A DNA stretch of 60,931 nt, taken from positions 1-60,931 of the forward strand of contig JAXDKU010000124.1 of the NCBI GenBank assembly GCA_034667005.1, given 5' to 3'. Positions 27,869 to 37,700 of this stretch are shown here, piece after piece. The stretch comes from Chloroflexota bacterium. GTDB lineage: Bacteria > Chloroflexota > Limnocylindria > Limnocylindrales > CSP1-4. The notes under the pieces were generated by a model. That model made no database searches, was not told where the DNA came from, and saw only the letters and a program-made list of their open reading frames with translations. Every line of letters starts with the position of its first letter. Positions within the stretch are counted from its first letter, which is position 1. Position numbers and translations under genes: made by a program.

Positions 27869-30313
27869 ATGATGGAGCGTCGGATCGATCAGAGCCGTGA
27901 CGCGATCGAGAAAATCTGGGGCGCGCGAACGCCGCACCATGGGCCGTGGCCCGAGCGTGAGGATTGGCGCACGAGCGAGGCCCCGGATCGGTGGGTCCAG
28001 TCGGCATGCGTGCTCTGCTCCGCCGGATGCGGGCTGGACATCGGCGTCAGGGACGGGCGGATCGTCGGCGTCCGCGGCCGGACGGAAGACCGCGTCAACC
28101 GAGGCCGTCTGGGGCCGAAGGGCTTGCACGGGTGGGAGGCGAATGCCAGCCGCGACCGCCTGACGACGCCGCTGATCAACCGCGGTGGCCACCGCGAGCC
28201 GGTGAGCTGGGATGAGGCGATGTCGCTGATCGTGGAGCGCACCGGCGACGCGATCGAGCGGTACACGCCGGGATCGGTTGGCTTCTACAACACCGGCCAG
28301 CTGTTCCTGGAGGAGTACTACACGCTGGCGGTGGTCGCCCACGGCGGCATCGGCACCGGGCACGTGGACGGCAACACCCGTCTCTGCACGGCAACGGCCG
28401 CGGCGGCGCTGATGGAGTCCTTCGGCACCGATGGAGCTCCCGGGTCGCTGACGGATTTCGACGTCACAGACGCGGTGATGCTGTTCGGCCACAACATGGC
28501 CTCGACGCAGACCGTGGTGTGGTCGCGCATCCTCGACCGGCTGGCCGGTCCCAATCCCCCGAAGCTCGTCGTGGTCGATCCGAGGCGGACGGTGCCCGCG
28601 AAGCATGCCGACGTCCATCTCAGCCCGAGGATCGGCACGAACCTCGCGCTCCTCAACGGCCTGCTGAACCTGGTCATCGCGGCCGGCCACGTGGACGCGG
28701 AGTTCATCGAGCAGCACACGATCGGGTTCGAGGACCTCCAGCGCACGGTGGCGCGTTACCCGGTGGCTCGCGTCCAGGAGATCACCGGGATCCCGGCCGC
28801 CCGCATCGAAGAGGCGGCCGAACTGCTTGGGACGACCCCGACGCTGGTCTCCACCGCGTTGCAGGGCGTCTACCAGCAACTCCAGGCGACCGCCTCCGCC
28901 GTCCAGATCAACAACCTGCACCTGGTCCGCGGCCTCATCGGCAAGCCCGGGTCGACCGTGTTCCAGATGAACGGGCAGCCGACCGCGCAGAACACGCGTG
29001 AATGCGGCGCGGACGGCCAGCTCACGGCGTTCCGGAACTGGGCCAATCCGGAGCACATCCAGGACCTCGCGCGCGTCTGGAACGTGGATGCGGCCAAGGT
29101 GCCCCACTGGAACCCGCCGACGCACGCCATGGAGCTGTTCCGGTACGCGGAAACCGGCTCCATTCGGGTGCTCTGGATCATCGGCACGAATCCGGCCGTG
29201 TCGATGCCCGAGCTGCGGCGGATCCGCTCCATCCTGGGCCGGGACGGGCTGTTCGTGATCGTCAACGACGCGTTCATGACCGAGACGGCGGAGCTTGCCG
29301 ATGTCGTGCTCCCCGCGGCACTCTGGGGCGAGAAGACGGGCTGCTTCACGAACATCGACCGGACGGTCCACCTGTCCCACAAGGCCGTGGAGCCGCCCGG
29401 ACAGGCGCGTTCCGACCTGGACATCCTGCTCGACTTCGCCGCGCGCATGGACCTTCGCGACAAGGACGGCGCCCCGCTCGTGAAGTGGCATGACGCCGAG
29501 AGCGCGTTCGAGGCGTGGAAGCGGGCGACGGCGGGCCGGGTGTCCGACTACACCGGCTTCACCTACGAGAAGCTGAGCGGCGGCTCGGGCATCCAGTGGC
29601 CCATCGACGCCGAGCACCCCAACGGCACGGAGCGGCTCTACACGGACGGGGTCTTCAACACGCAGGCAGAGCGGTGCGAGACGTACGGCCACGACCTGCT
29701 CACGGGCGCCGCGGTGACGGCCGACCAGTACCGCGCGGTCAACCCCGACGGCAAGGCCTGGATCAAGGCTGCCGACCACGTCAGCCCGCCCGAGTCGCCC
29801 GACGACGACTATCCCCTCCTGCTGACGACAGGGCGCGTGGCCTTCCACTTCCACACGCGCACGAAGACCGGTCGAGCCCGGGCGCTCGAAGCGGCGGCGC
29901 CGGCCGCGTTCGTGCAGCTCTCCGACGAGGACGCCGCGCGATTCAGGATCGCTGAGGGCGACATGGTCGAGGTGACCTCGCGTCGCGGGTCCGCCCGCGG
30001 CCGGGCTCGCGTCGGCGGCATCGAGCCCGGGATGGCGTTCATGCCCTTCCACTACGGCTCGTGGGACCGCCCCGGGGCGCGCCAGGCCGCGAACGAGCTG
30101 ACGCTGACCGGCTGGGACCCCGTCAGCAAGCAGCCGTTCCTCAAGTACGCCGTCGTGCGGGTGGCGGCGGTGGCCGACGACGGCGAGCCGCTGCCGCGGA
30201 GCGCGGCTCCCGACGGAGCGTCACGGTCTGACGAGTCGGACACGGACGTCGGAACGGTCCCGGCCGGTGCTCCCCGTTCGGACGGCGATCCCGTCGCCGG
30301 AGGCGCCAGGTGA
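27869..30313 (+). CDS. Molybdopterin (bis-MGD) oxidoreductase, NasA/NarB/NapA-like catalytic subunit
   Basis: CVLCSAGC, GQLFLEEYY, DGNTRLC, MNGQPTAQ, TNPAVSMP, LTTGRVAFHFHTRTKT, WDPVSKQP. Confidence 0.92.
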   Translation: MMERRIDQSRDAIEKIWGARTPHHGPWPEREDWRTSEAPDRWVQSACVLCSAGCGLDIGVRDGRIVGVRGRTEDRVNRGRLGPKGLHGWEANASRDRLTTPLINRGGHREPVSWDEAMSLIVERTGDAIERYTPGSVGFYNTGQLFLEEYYTLAVVAHGGIGTGHVDGNTRLCTATAAAALMESFGTDGAPGSLTDFDVTDAVMLFGHNMASTQTVVWSRILDRLAGPNPPKLVVVDPRRTVPAKHADVHLSPRIGTNLALLNGLLNLVIAAGHVDAEFIEQHTIGFEDLQRTVARYPVARVQEITGIPAARIEEAAELLGTTPTLVSTALQGVYQQLQATASAVQINNLHLVRGLIGKPGSTVFQMNGQPTAQNTRECGADGQLTAFRNWANPEHIQDLARVWNVDAAKVPHWNPPTHAMELFRYAETGSIRVLWIIGTNPAVSMPELRRIRSILGRDGLFVIVNDAFMTETAELADVVLPAALWGEKTGCFTNIDRTVHLSHKAVEPPGQARSDLDILLDFAARMDLRDKDGAPLVKWHDAESAFEAWKRATAGRVSDYTGFTYEKLSGGSGIQWPIDAEHPNGTERLYTDGVFNTQAERCETYGHDLLTGAAVTADQYRAVNPDGKAWIKAADHVSPPESPDDDYPLLLTTGRVAFHFHTRTKTGRARALEAAAPAAFVQLSDEDAARFRIAEGDMVEVTSRRGSARGRARVGGIEPGMAFMPFHYGSWDRPGARQAANELTLTGWDPVSKQPFLKYAVVRVAAVADDGEPLPRSAAPDGASRSDESDTDVGTVPAGAPRSDGDPVAGGAR

Positions 30314-31449
30314 GCGCGCCCCCCGCGGCATCCAAACCGAGCCCGCGGCCGGTGGCCGGCGCCGCCGAGGTCCCGGCCCGCACCGCCGCACAGATCGCGC
30401 GCTGGCTGGGCATCACCAGCGGCGGGGAGCAGCAGCTTCGGGACGCGTTCCTCCTGATGGCCTCTCGTCACGGGAGCGAACCTCAGATCAGCGGCCTCGC
30501 GCGCGTCTTCGCCGGCTGGTGCGAGCTCCACCTCGGACATCTCGAGCGGCTCCAGCGCCGCTTCGGCGCCGTCCCGAGCGAGCATCCCGAGCGTCTGAGG
30601 AGCGCCCTGTTCTACGGGACCCGCGTCGGCGGCATGGGCCTGCTCCAGGACCTCCAGGACCTCCTGGTGCTGGCGACCCAGGTGCGGAGCTCATGGACGG
30701 TCGTCGCGCAGGCTGGGGACGAGCTGCACGATGCCGAGCTTGTGACGGCCGCGGATGAGGCGGGACGCGAGCTGGATCGCACCCTCACCTGGATCGATGA
30801 CCAGCTCAAGGAGGCCGCCCCGCAGACGCTGGCCGTCCCGGTCGATCCGGCTCCGGAGCTGGCGGCGTCGCTGCCGCGAACGCCACGGATCTCCAGCGTG
30901 CCCGACCCGATCTGGGCGCCCGCGGCCGGCGCGGGGCTGATCCTCCTCGTCGGGGCGATCGGGCTGGTTTTGAACCTGCCGATCCTGATGGCCAGCCTCG
31001 GCCCGACGGCCTATCTCCAGGCGGACAACCCGGCGCATCCCGCGTCACGGCTCTGGAACATCCTCCTCGGCCATCTCTCCGGCGTGCTCGGCGGCCTTGC
31101 CGGCGTCGCCCTGTTCACGGCCTGGGACGCGCCCGCGCCGCTGTCCGACCACGTCCTGGTGGCTGCGCGGGTCGCCGCAGCAACCGCCGCCATCGCGATC
31201 ACGATCCTGCTCGCGGCGTTGCTTCACGCGTCGCATCCTCCCGCCGCGGCCACGGCGCTGCTGGTGGCGCTCGGCGCGCTGAAGACGCAGCAGGACCTGG
31301 TCAACCTGGCGATCGGCGTGATCGTCGTTGGCGTGGCGGGCGAGCTGGTTCGGCGGGCTCGCCTCAAGGGCGTCATCCGCCAGTCGCCGCGGCGCGCGAT
31401 CACCTCCGCTTCGAACCTGGTGACGAAGGAGCCCCTGGCTGCGCCATAG
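30310..31449 (+). CDS. Fusion of a soluble helical (ferritin-like) domain and an HPP-family membrane domain
   Basis: GTGA overlap with upstream gene; amphipathic N-half; C-half ASLGPT, HPASRLWNILLGH, HASHPPAAATALL. Confidence 0.8.
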   Translation: MSAPPAASKPSPRPVAGAAEVPARTAAQIARWLGITSGGEQQLRDAFLLMASRHGSEPQISGLARVFAGWCELHLGHLERLQRRFGAVPSEHPERLRSALFYGTRVGGMGLLQDLQDLLVLATQVRSSWTVVAQAGDELHDAELVTAADEAGRELDRTLTWIDDQLKEAAPQTLAVPVDPAPELAASLPRTPRISSVPDPIWAPAAGAGLILLVGAIGLVLNLPILMASLGPTAYLQADNPAHPASRLWNILLGHLSGVLGGLAGVALFTAWDAPAPLSDHVLVAARVAAATAAIAITILLAALLHASHPPAAATALLVALGALKTQQDLVNLAIGVIVVGVAGELVRRARLKGVIRQSPRRAITSASNLVTKEPLAAP

Positions 31450-31458
31450 CGTTGCCGC

Positions 31459-33216
31459 CTAGAAGTACGCGGCTCGATCGGTGAGGCACGCGTAGACCCT
31501 GCCGTTCGTGGTTCCCCTGCCCCAGGTGTCACCTTCGCGGGCCGCGATCTTGCCGCTGGGTGCGAGGATCAGGACATCCGGCTTGAACCGGACCGTGTAT
31601 CCATCCGGCCACTGGGTGGGCAGCCGGTGACCGCGGGACTCGAGCCAGACCAGCAGCGGGTCCTCGCGATCCGCTCGCAGGGTCCAGATGTGCTCCATGG
31701 CCTCGTACCCCACGTCACCGCAGGACAAGGACTGATACCCGCCTGGCAGCGCGTAGACGCCGGCCGGGAGGCGTGGATGGAAGACGAACACCTCGGATCC
31801 CATCGACCCATCCGGAGCACGGCCGCCCCACAGGTAGAGCTGCCCATGCGACCACCACGAGACCGCGCCGGTCCGCGGGCCGTCCACCCGCCCGAGGTCC
31901 GCGGACATGGACTCCCAGCGCTTCTCCACGAAGTCGTACGCCACGAGCGCGGCGGGACTCACGACATGGTCGGGCGTGAGCGCGAGGCCGGCGTCTCCGA
32001 CAGCGGCCGCTGGAGCGCCGCCGATGACATGCGTCGAGCGCTCATCAGGATGGGCGACCACGAGGTACGGCCCGAGGACGTCCGACTCGGGCATGCTCGA
32101 CGTCGCCTCCCGGATCCAGGCAAGCGTCAGGCTGGTCACCGTGCGCCCGGACACCGGTCCCGGACCTGGCCCTGCTGACAATGGGAACGTTCCGAGCTGC
32201 TCCCAGTCCCCCACGTGGGGATACTCGTTGTCATACGTCGCCGCTGCCGCGAAGCCCGCATCCGAGATGCTCAGGATCGTCGCGCTCGAGGACGTGTCCT
32301 CGCAGCAGTAGAAAAGCTCGTACCGCGCCCGCGGTGGGAGCGGCACCTCCCCGACGTCCTCCCAGCGCATCTCGAAGTTCGAGCGGCTCAGGATCGCGAG
32401 GTGGCCGAGGCCGCTCGCGGGGTCGCGTGACACGACGAACACGTCGTTGAGGTCACCCGCCATCCGGGCGGGCCCGGGAGGCAGGGGCCCCGGCGGAATC
32501 GCCGTCCAGGTGCCATAGGTCACCGAGAACGCGGCGCCGTCGTTGAGCGGCGTGCCGGCGGCATCGACGCCTCCGTAGATCAGGAGGCTCTCGCCGTCGA
32601 AGGTGTAGCCGAAGTCTCGCCGAGGGCAGATCGGCGCCTGTGGGAGCACCCGCGAGCGCAGCGTCTGGCGATCGATGGCGACGCCGTCGTTGAGCAACAT
32701 TCCGTTCGCGTCCACGCCGCCCCAGATGAGGACGCCGAACGCCTGGTCGTCCACGTTGACCGACACCGCATCCGTCCGTGGCGCGATCGGCGCCTCGCCC
32801 TCCGGGCTCCATGAGCCGGCCCAGCGACCGGCGGCAGGCTCTCCGCCGGCGCTCGTCGTGGAGGTCGACTGCCCAGCGCTCGAGGCGTCGGCGGGCCAGG
32901 CGACGCCGAGCGCGGACGATGGGCACGGGCTCGGGCTGGGTGCGACCGAGGGTCCTGGGAATGGACTCCCCGGCGGTGCCGGAGTTTCGGGCGGGGCGGT
33001 CTCGCCGGGCGAGGGTCCTCCCGGGGCGGTCGTCGGTGCAGAGGTTTCAGGCGGCGCTGTCTCGATCGCCGGGGTTTGCGGTGCGCGGGAGGATGACGCC
33101 GCAGCCGAAGGGCTGGCAGCCGCGGACGGCGTGCCGGCCGATGGCGGCACCGCCGACGAGCAGCCTGCCATCACGAGAACCAGGAGAGTCAGCGTGCGAA
33201 AGGAAACACCGGGCAT
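31459..33216 (-). CDS. Lipoprotein with Pro/Ser/Thr linker and Kelch-like repeats
   Basis: Lipobox VMAG-C; LIWGG, LLIYGG, LYLWGG Kelch-type motifs. Confidence 0.7.
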   Translation of the reverse strand: MPGVSFRTLTLLVLVMAGCSSAVPPSAGTPSAAASPSAAASSSRAPQTPAIETAPPETSAPTTAPGGPSPGETAPPETPAPPGSPFPGPSVAPSPSPCPSSALGVAWPADASSAGQSTSTTSAGGEPAAGRWAGSWSPEGEAPIAPRTDAVSVNVDDQAFGVLIWGGVDANGMLLNDGVAIDRQTLRSRVLPQAPICPRRDFGYTFDGESLLIYGGVDAAGTPLNDGAAFSVTYGTWTAIPPGPLPPGPARMAGDLNDVFVVSRDPASGLGHLAILSRSNFEMRWEDVGEVPLPPRARYELFYCCEDTSSSATILSISDAGFAAAATYDNEYPHVGDWEQLGTFPLSAGPGPGPVSGRTVTSLTLAWIREATSSMPESDVLGPYLVVAHPDERSTHVIGGAPAAAVGDAGLALTPDHVVSPAALVAYDFVEKRWESMSADLGRVDGPRTGAVSWWSHGQLYLWGGRAPDGSMGSEVFVFHPRLPAGVYALPGGYQSLSCGDVGYEAMEHIWTLRADREDPLLVWLESRGHRLPTQWPDGYTVRFKPDVLILAPSGKIAAREGDTWGRGTTNGRVYACLTDRAAYF

Positions 33217-33293
33217 TGGGCGACCATTGAGACGGACGCGGGCGCCGGATGTGATGGTCCCGCCTCGAGGCCTCAGTCCAGGCGCGGCACAGT

Positions 33294-33368
33294 TGGTCGG
33301 GGCGGCGGGATTCGAACCCGCAACCTCGTGCTCCCAAAGCACGTGCGCTGCCGTTGCGCCACGCCCCG
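33294..33368 (-). tRNA. tRNA-Pro(TGG)
   Basis: CGGGGCG acceptor stem, anticodon loop TTTGGGA, GGTTCGAATCC T-arm, encoded CCA; TATGAT box upstream. Confidence 0.96.
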
Positions 33369-33379
33369 ACGGGTCCGCA

Positions 33380-34624
33380 TCATACGGCCGGTCCAGCGGC
33401 AGAGCGGCTGGACAGCAGCGCGCCGGTGCGGCGGCACAGGAGCTCGACGGTCGTGCCCTGGACGGCGAGCGTGAAGAGCACGATCCCGAAGGTGATCTCC
33501 TGGAGCAGCGCGCGCTGCGGGAAATCGAGTGGCAGCGAGAGCGCGATGGCCACCGCCACCGCGCCCCGCAGGCCCGACCAGAACAGGACGTGCAGCCATG
33601 CGGTGGGGAGCGCCGGCCTGCCGGGACCGGAGCGGAGGCGGGAGGCGCCGCCGAGCACCCCGTAGATCACCACCGCGCGCCCGACCTGGGCGCCGAGGAT
33701 GCCCCAGACGATCCACGGCAGCGCGTCGACGAGCCGCGCCAGCGGGATCGCCAGTCCGATCAGCAGGAAGACGGCCGCGGTGAGCAGGAAACCGACAAAC
33801 TCCCAGACGGTGTCGATCGCTTCGCTGGACTTTGCCGACATTCCGTGACGCCGGCCGTAGTTGCCGAGCACGACACCGGCCACGACCGTGGCGATGATGC
33901 CGGACTGGTGGATCGCGTCGGTGACCATGTACGTGCCGTAGGCGGCGACCAGCGAGATGGTCAGCTCCAGCAGGTGATCGTCGACGAGCGCGATCAGCCG
34001 CGAGGCGACAAAGCCGGTCACGGCCCCGATGGCGCCCGAGACGGCAATCGCCACGGCGAAATCCAGGACCGCGCCGCCGAGCGTGACGCCGCCGGTGACC
34101 ACCTTGACCGCGATGGCGAACGTGACCAGCGCCGTCCCGTCGTTCAGCAGGCTCTCGCCCTGCACGAGCGTGTTCAGGCGGCCCGGGGTGGGGAGGCGCT
34201 GGAACGTCGACACCACGGCAGCCGGATCCGTGGCCGCGACGATCGCCCCGACGACGAAGCCGATCTCCAGCGGCATGCCGGTTCCGACGTTCAGGGCCAC
34301 GGCCACGATCGCCGCCGCGACCAGCACGCCGGGCGCGGCGAGGAGCGCGATCCCGCCGAACGCGCCGCGCAGCTCGTCCAGCTCCAGCCGGTAGGAGGCC
34401 TCGAAGACGAGCCCCGGGAGCAGCACGATCAGGATCAGCTCGGGTGTCACGTGCCCGTCCAGGCCGGGGCACGCGGCGCCAACGATCAGCCCGCACACGA
34501 CCAGCGCCACGGAGTACGGCAGCGCCGGGATGGCGAGGCGGTGCAGCACGAGGCCCACGACGGCCATGAGGCCGATGAGGACGACGAAGAGCTGGACGGT
34601 GGCTACCGTCTCCCCGGGAGGCAT
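33380..34624 (-). CDS. CPA1-family Na+/H+ antiporter
   Basis: LLPGLVFEA, ATDPAAV, GESLLNDG, SGIIATV, GLRGAVAVAIAL. Confidence 0.92.
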   Translation of the reverse strand: MPPGETVATVQLFVVLIGLMAVVGLVLHRLAIPALPYSVALVVCGLIVGAACPGLDGHVTPELILIVLLPGLVFEASYRLELDELRGAFGGIALLAAPGVLVAAAIVAVALNVGTGMPLEIGFVVGAIVAATDPAAVVSTFQRLPTPGRLNTLVQGESLLNDGTALVTFAIAVKVVTGGVTLGGAVLDFAVAIAVSGAIGAVTGFVASRLIALVDDHLLELTISLVAAYGTYMVTDAIHQSGIIATVVAGVVLGNYGRRHGMSAKSSEAIDTVWEFVGFLLTAAVFLLIGLAIPLARLVDALPWIVWGILGAQVGRAVVIYGVLGGASRLRSGPGRPALPTAWLHVLFWSGLRGAVAVAIALSLPLDFPQRALLQEITFGIVLFTLAVQGTTVELLCRRTGALLSSRSAAGPAV

Positions 34625-34716
34625 GCCCGGCAATGCTAGAGGCCGGCGGCACTCGCGATCTCAGCGCAGGGACCGAGCCGGCTGCTAGCCTGAATCGACT
34701 CGAAGCGGGAGGTCCG

Positions 34717-35847
34717 ATGCGGCTCGGCGTCAGCGCCGCGATCTTGAACGGTGAGCTCGTCGATACGGACCTCGAGGTGTGGGAGGGCCGGATCAGCGGG
34801 GTGCGGAGCCCGGCAGGGGGGACGGGCATCGCCATCCCCGGGCTGGTGGACCTCCAGGTCAACGGCTACGGCGGCGTGGACTTCATGACCGCCACGCCCG
34901 AGGACCATCGCCAGGCGGCCAGAGCCCTGCTGCAAACCGGTGTGACCGCCTTCCTGCCGACGATCGTCTCCGCCCCGGTCGAGGACATGATTGCGGCGAT
35001 GGAGCGCATCGCGGCCGCCCTGCGGGCGCAGGTCCGCGGCGGCACGGCCGGCGGCGGCACGGCCGGCGGCGGCGAGGCGGAGATCGCGGGCATCCACGCC
35101 GAAGGCCCGTTCCTCTCACCGGCGCGCCGCGGCGTCCACCCGGTCGAGGCGTTGCGCGACCCGGATCTGGAGCTTGCCGAGCGATTCATCTCGGCGGGGC
35201 CGCTGGCCCTGATGACGCTGGCCCCGGAGCTGCCCGGTGCGCTGGAGCTGATCGAGGTGCTCGTCGCTCGCGGCGTCGTGGTCTCGTGCGGGCACACGGA
35301 CGCGACGGCCGAGGTCGCGGGGCAGGCGTTCGACCGCGGCGCGAGGACGGTCACGCACCTGTTCAACGGGATGCGCCCGATGGGCCACCGGGACCCGGGG
35401 ATCGTCGGCGCGGCCCTGTCCCGCGTCGACGTCACGATCCAGATCATCCTGGACCACGTCCACCTCGCCCCGGACATCGAGCGACTGGTCTGGCGCGCGG
35501 CCCCGGGCCGCCTGGCGCTGGTGACCGATGACGTTCCGGCAGCAGGACTCGCGGACGGCAGCTACACGCTCGGGCCATCGGCGATCACCGTCCGGGACGG
35601 CGTGGCAACCGGGCCCGCCGGCCAGCTCAGCGGCGGCATGAGCACGCTGCTGGAGTCCGCGGCACGGCTCCAGAAGCTGGGTGCGGCCCTGGCCGAGGCC
35701 GTCTCGACGGTCACGGAGGTTCCCGCGCGGCTGCTCGGGCGGGACGACCTTGGAAGATTGACGCTCGGCGGCCCGGCCGACCTCGTCGTCGTCGACGGGG
35801 ACCTCTCGCTCCGTCGCGTCCTCAAGGCCGGGGTCCAGGCCGGCTGA
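34717..35847 (+). CDS. nagA: N-acetylglucosamine-6-phosphate deacetylase
   Basis: PGLVDLQVNG, GIHAEGPFL, TLAPE, GHTDA, THLFNGM, LVTD. Confidence 0.92.
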   Translation: MRLGVSAAILNGELVDTDLEVWEGRISGVRSPAGGTGIAIPGLVDLQVNGYGGVDFMTATPEDHRQAARALLQTGVTAFLPTIVSAPVEDMIAAMERIAAALRAQVRGGTAGGGTAGGGEAEIAGIHAEGPFLSPARRGVHPVEALRDPDLELAERFISAGPLALMTLAPELPGALELIEVLVARGVVVSCGHTDATAEVAGQAFDRGARTVTHLFNGMRPMGHRDPGIVGAALSRVDVTIQIILDHVHLAPDIERLVWRAAPGRLALVTDDVPAAGLADGSYTLGPSAITVRDGVATGPAGQLSGGMSTLLESAARLQKLGAALAEAVSTVTEVPARLLGRDDLGRLTLGGPADLVVVDGDLSLRRVLKAGVQAG

Positions 35848-35937
35848 CGAACGGGAGAAACGAGGAAAGCGCCGGTCCGGTGACCGACGCCTTCGAGTTG
35901 ACGATTGTGGGAGGCCCCTCCCTCGAAGGGCCCTCCG

Positions 35938-36105
35938 TCAGATGCTTGCGCCGACGGTCGACAGGATCGAGCTGATCTGCGTGCCCAGGAAGACCAGGGC
36001 TGCGATCGCGATCACCGCGATCAGGGCCAGGATGAGCGCGTACTCAGCGAGTCCCTGCCCGCGCTCGTCGCGGACGGATTCGATCCAACGGGTGATGAAG
36101 GTCAT
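35938..36105 (-). CDS. flp: Flp family type IVb pilin
   Basis: DERG|QGLAEYALILALIAV prepilin/Flp motif; 55 aa; GAGG SD. Confidence 0.92.
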   Translation of the reverse strand: MTFITRWIESVRDERGQGLAEYALILALIAVIAIAALVFLGTQISSILSTVGASI

Positions 36106-36276
36106 ATGCTCGATACCTCTTGATGAAGGGCGTGACGGTCGACCCAGAATCTGCGGCCGGGGAGCCTCAGCGTCCATCGCCCGATCGGGCCCCCCGGTCA
36201 TGACCCATGCCGATCCGTTGCTGCAGCAGTGCGCCCCGGACCGCACACGCCGCTCTCTCCCGGACCGGGCTGAGCG

Positions 36277-36963
36277 TCACGTGGAATCACGCGGCTCCCA
36301 GCCGCCACGGGCGTGGAGATAGCGGGACATCGCCCGCGCAGCCTTGGCCCGGTGCGAGACCCGGTTCTTCTCCTCGCTGGACATCTGGCCGACAGTGCGA
36401 CCGCCCGCGGGTTCGCCCGCCGGCTCGAAGATGGGGTCGTAGCCGAAGCCGCCCGCTCCGCGGGGCGCGGCCGCGATGCGCCCTTCGAAGCGCCCCGAGC
36501 GCGTGACCACGGCGGGCAGGCGGTGCCGTTGCGCTCGATCCGGGGAAACGTCGCCGGGATCCACATACGCGAGGACGCACCGGTAGCGCGCCGTGCGACG
36601 CTCGGGGGGTAGCCCGTCCAGCGCGGCCAGCAGCTTCGCGTTGTTCTCCGCGTCGGTCGGGTCCGGCCCCGCATAGCGTCTCGTCCGCACACCGGGCGCC
36701 CCATCGAGCGCGTCCACCTCCAGCCCGGAATCGTCCGCGAGCGTCGGCAGCGTCGAGCGGGCCGCATAGAAGCGAGCCTTCAGGATCGCATTGCCGCGGA
36801 ACGTGCTCGCATCCTCGACGGCCTCGTCCTCGATGCCCACGTCGTCCAGCGAGACCAGGTCCGTGCCCGGCAGGGTCAATAGGGCCCGCAGCTCGTCCAG
36901 CTTGTGCCGCGAGCGCGTCGCAACGAGGATGCGGCGCCTGCCGCCTGACGGGCCGCGGCTCAT
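36277..36963 (-). CDS. rdgB: Non-canonical purine NTP pyrophosphatase (HAM1 family)
   Basis: [33 protein letters not shown]. Confidence 0.95.
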   Translation of the reverse strand: MSRGPSGGRRRILVATRSRHKLDELRALLTLPGTDLVSLDDVGIEDEAVEDASTFRGNAILKARFYAARSTLPTLADDSGLEVDALDGAPGVRTRRYAGPDPTDAENNAKLLAALDGLPPERRTARYRCVLAYVDPGDVSPDRAQRHRLPAVVTRSGRFEGRIAAAPRGAGGFGYDPIFEPAGEPAGGRTVGQMSSEEKNRVSHRAKAARAMSRYLHARGGWEPRDST

Positions 36964-37700
36964 TCCTTCGCGGTGGCGCGCGCGATCGTCTCCGCCTGAA
37001 CCTCGAACAGGCGCTGGAGCCCAGAGTCCGCCAGGCCCAGCAGGCCGTCCATCTGTGCCCGCGTGAAAGCCTTCCCCTCGGCGGTGCCCTGGACCTCGAC
37101 GTACGTGCCGGCGTCCGTGCCGACGACGTTGAAGTCGACCTCGGCGCGGGAGTCCTCGGAGTAGTCCAGGTCGAGCAGGAGGGCGCCTTCCACGATGCCG
37201 ACGCTGACGGCGGAGATCCGGCCGGCCAGCGCACGCTCGAGCCCCCGACGCTTCAGCGCGAGTGCGAGTGCGATCCAGCCGCCGGTGACCGAAGCGGTCC
37301 GCGTCCCGCCGTCTGCCTGGAGCACGTCGCAGTCCACCGTCACCGTGCGCTCGCCGAGCGCCGCCGTGTCGACCACGCCCCGGAGCGACCGTCCGATCAG
37401 CCGCTGGATCTCGTGCGTCCGGCCCCCCAGGCGTCCCTTGACGGACTCGCGCTGGCTGCGCTCGGACGTGGCGCCGGGGAGCATGGAGTACTCGGCCGTG
37501 ACCCAGCCGACGCCCTTGCCGCGAAGGTGGGGCGGGATGCGCTCCTCGATCGTGGCCGCGCACAGGACGTGCGTGTCGCCCATCCGGATGATGCAGGACG
37601 CTGCGGTCCATTTCTGGACGTCCAGCGTGACCGAGACGGGGCGCAGCTGCGCCGGCGTCCGGCCGTCGGCGCGGAAACGGGATCCGCCGCCGATGCTCAT
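36960..37700 (-). CDS. rph: Ribonuclease PH
   Basis: [47 protein letters not shown]. Confidence 0.97.
   Translation of the reverse strand: MSIGGGSRFRADGRTPAQLRPVSVTLDVQKWTAASCIIRMGDTHVLCAATIEERIPPHLRGKGVGWVTAEYSMLPGATSERSQRESVKGRLGGRTHEIQRLIGRSLRGVVDTAALGERTVTVDCDVLQADGGTRTASVTGGWIALALALKRRGLERALAGRISAVSVGIVEGALLLDLDYSEDSRAEVDFNVVGTDAGTYVEVQGTAEGKAFTRAQMDGLLGLADSGLQRLFEVQAETIARATAKE

Noticed and set aside
27869-30313. Selenocysteine formate dehydrogenase
   Set aside because: No in-frame TGA; the ligand is Cys, followed by Thr rather than the FDH His
27200-33368. Genomic island integrated at tRNA-Pro
   Set aside because: No integrase, no duplicated tRNA 3' end found by eye, and no evident composition shift
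35035-35073. GGTAGGGTAGGG duplication in nagA
   Set aside because: Short in-frame loop duplication, likely neutral
36106-36276. c-di-GMP riboswitch upstream of flp
   Set aside because: Class I and II consensus elements were not found
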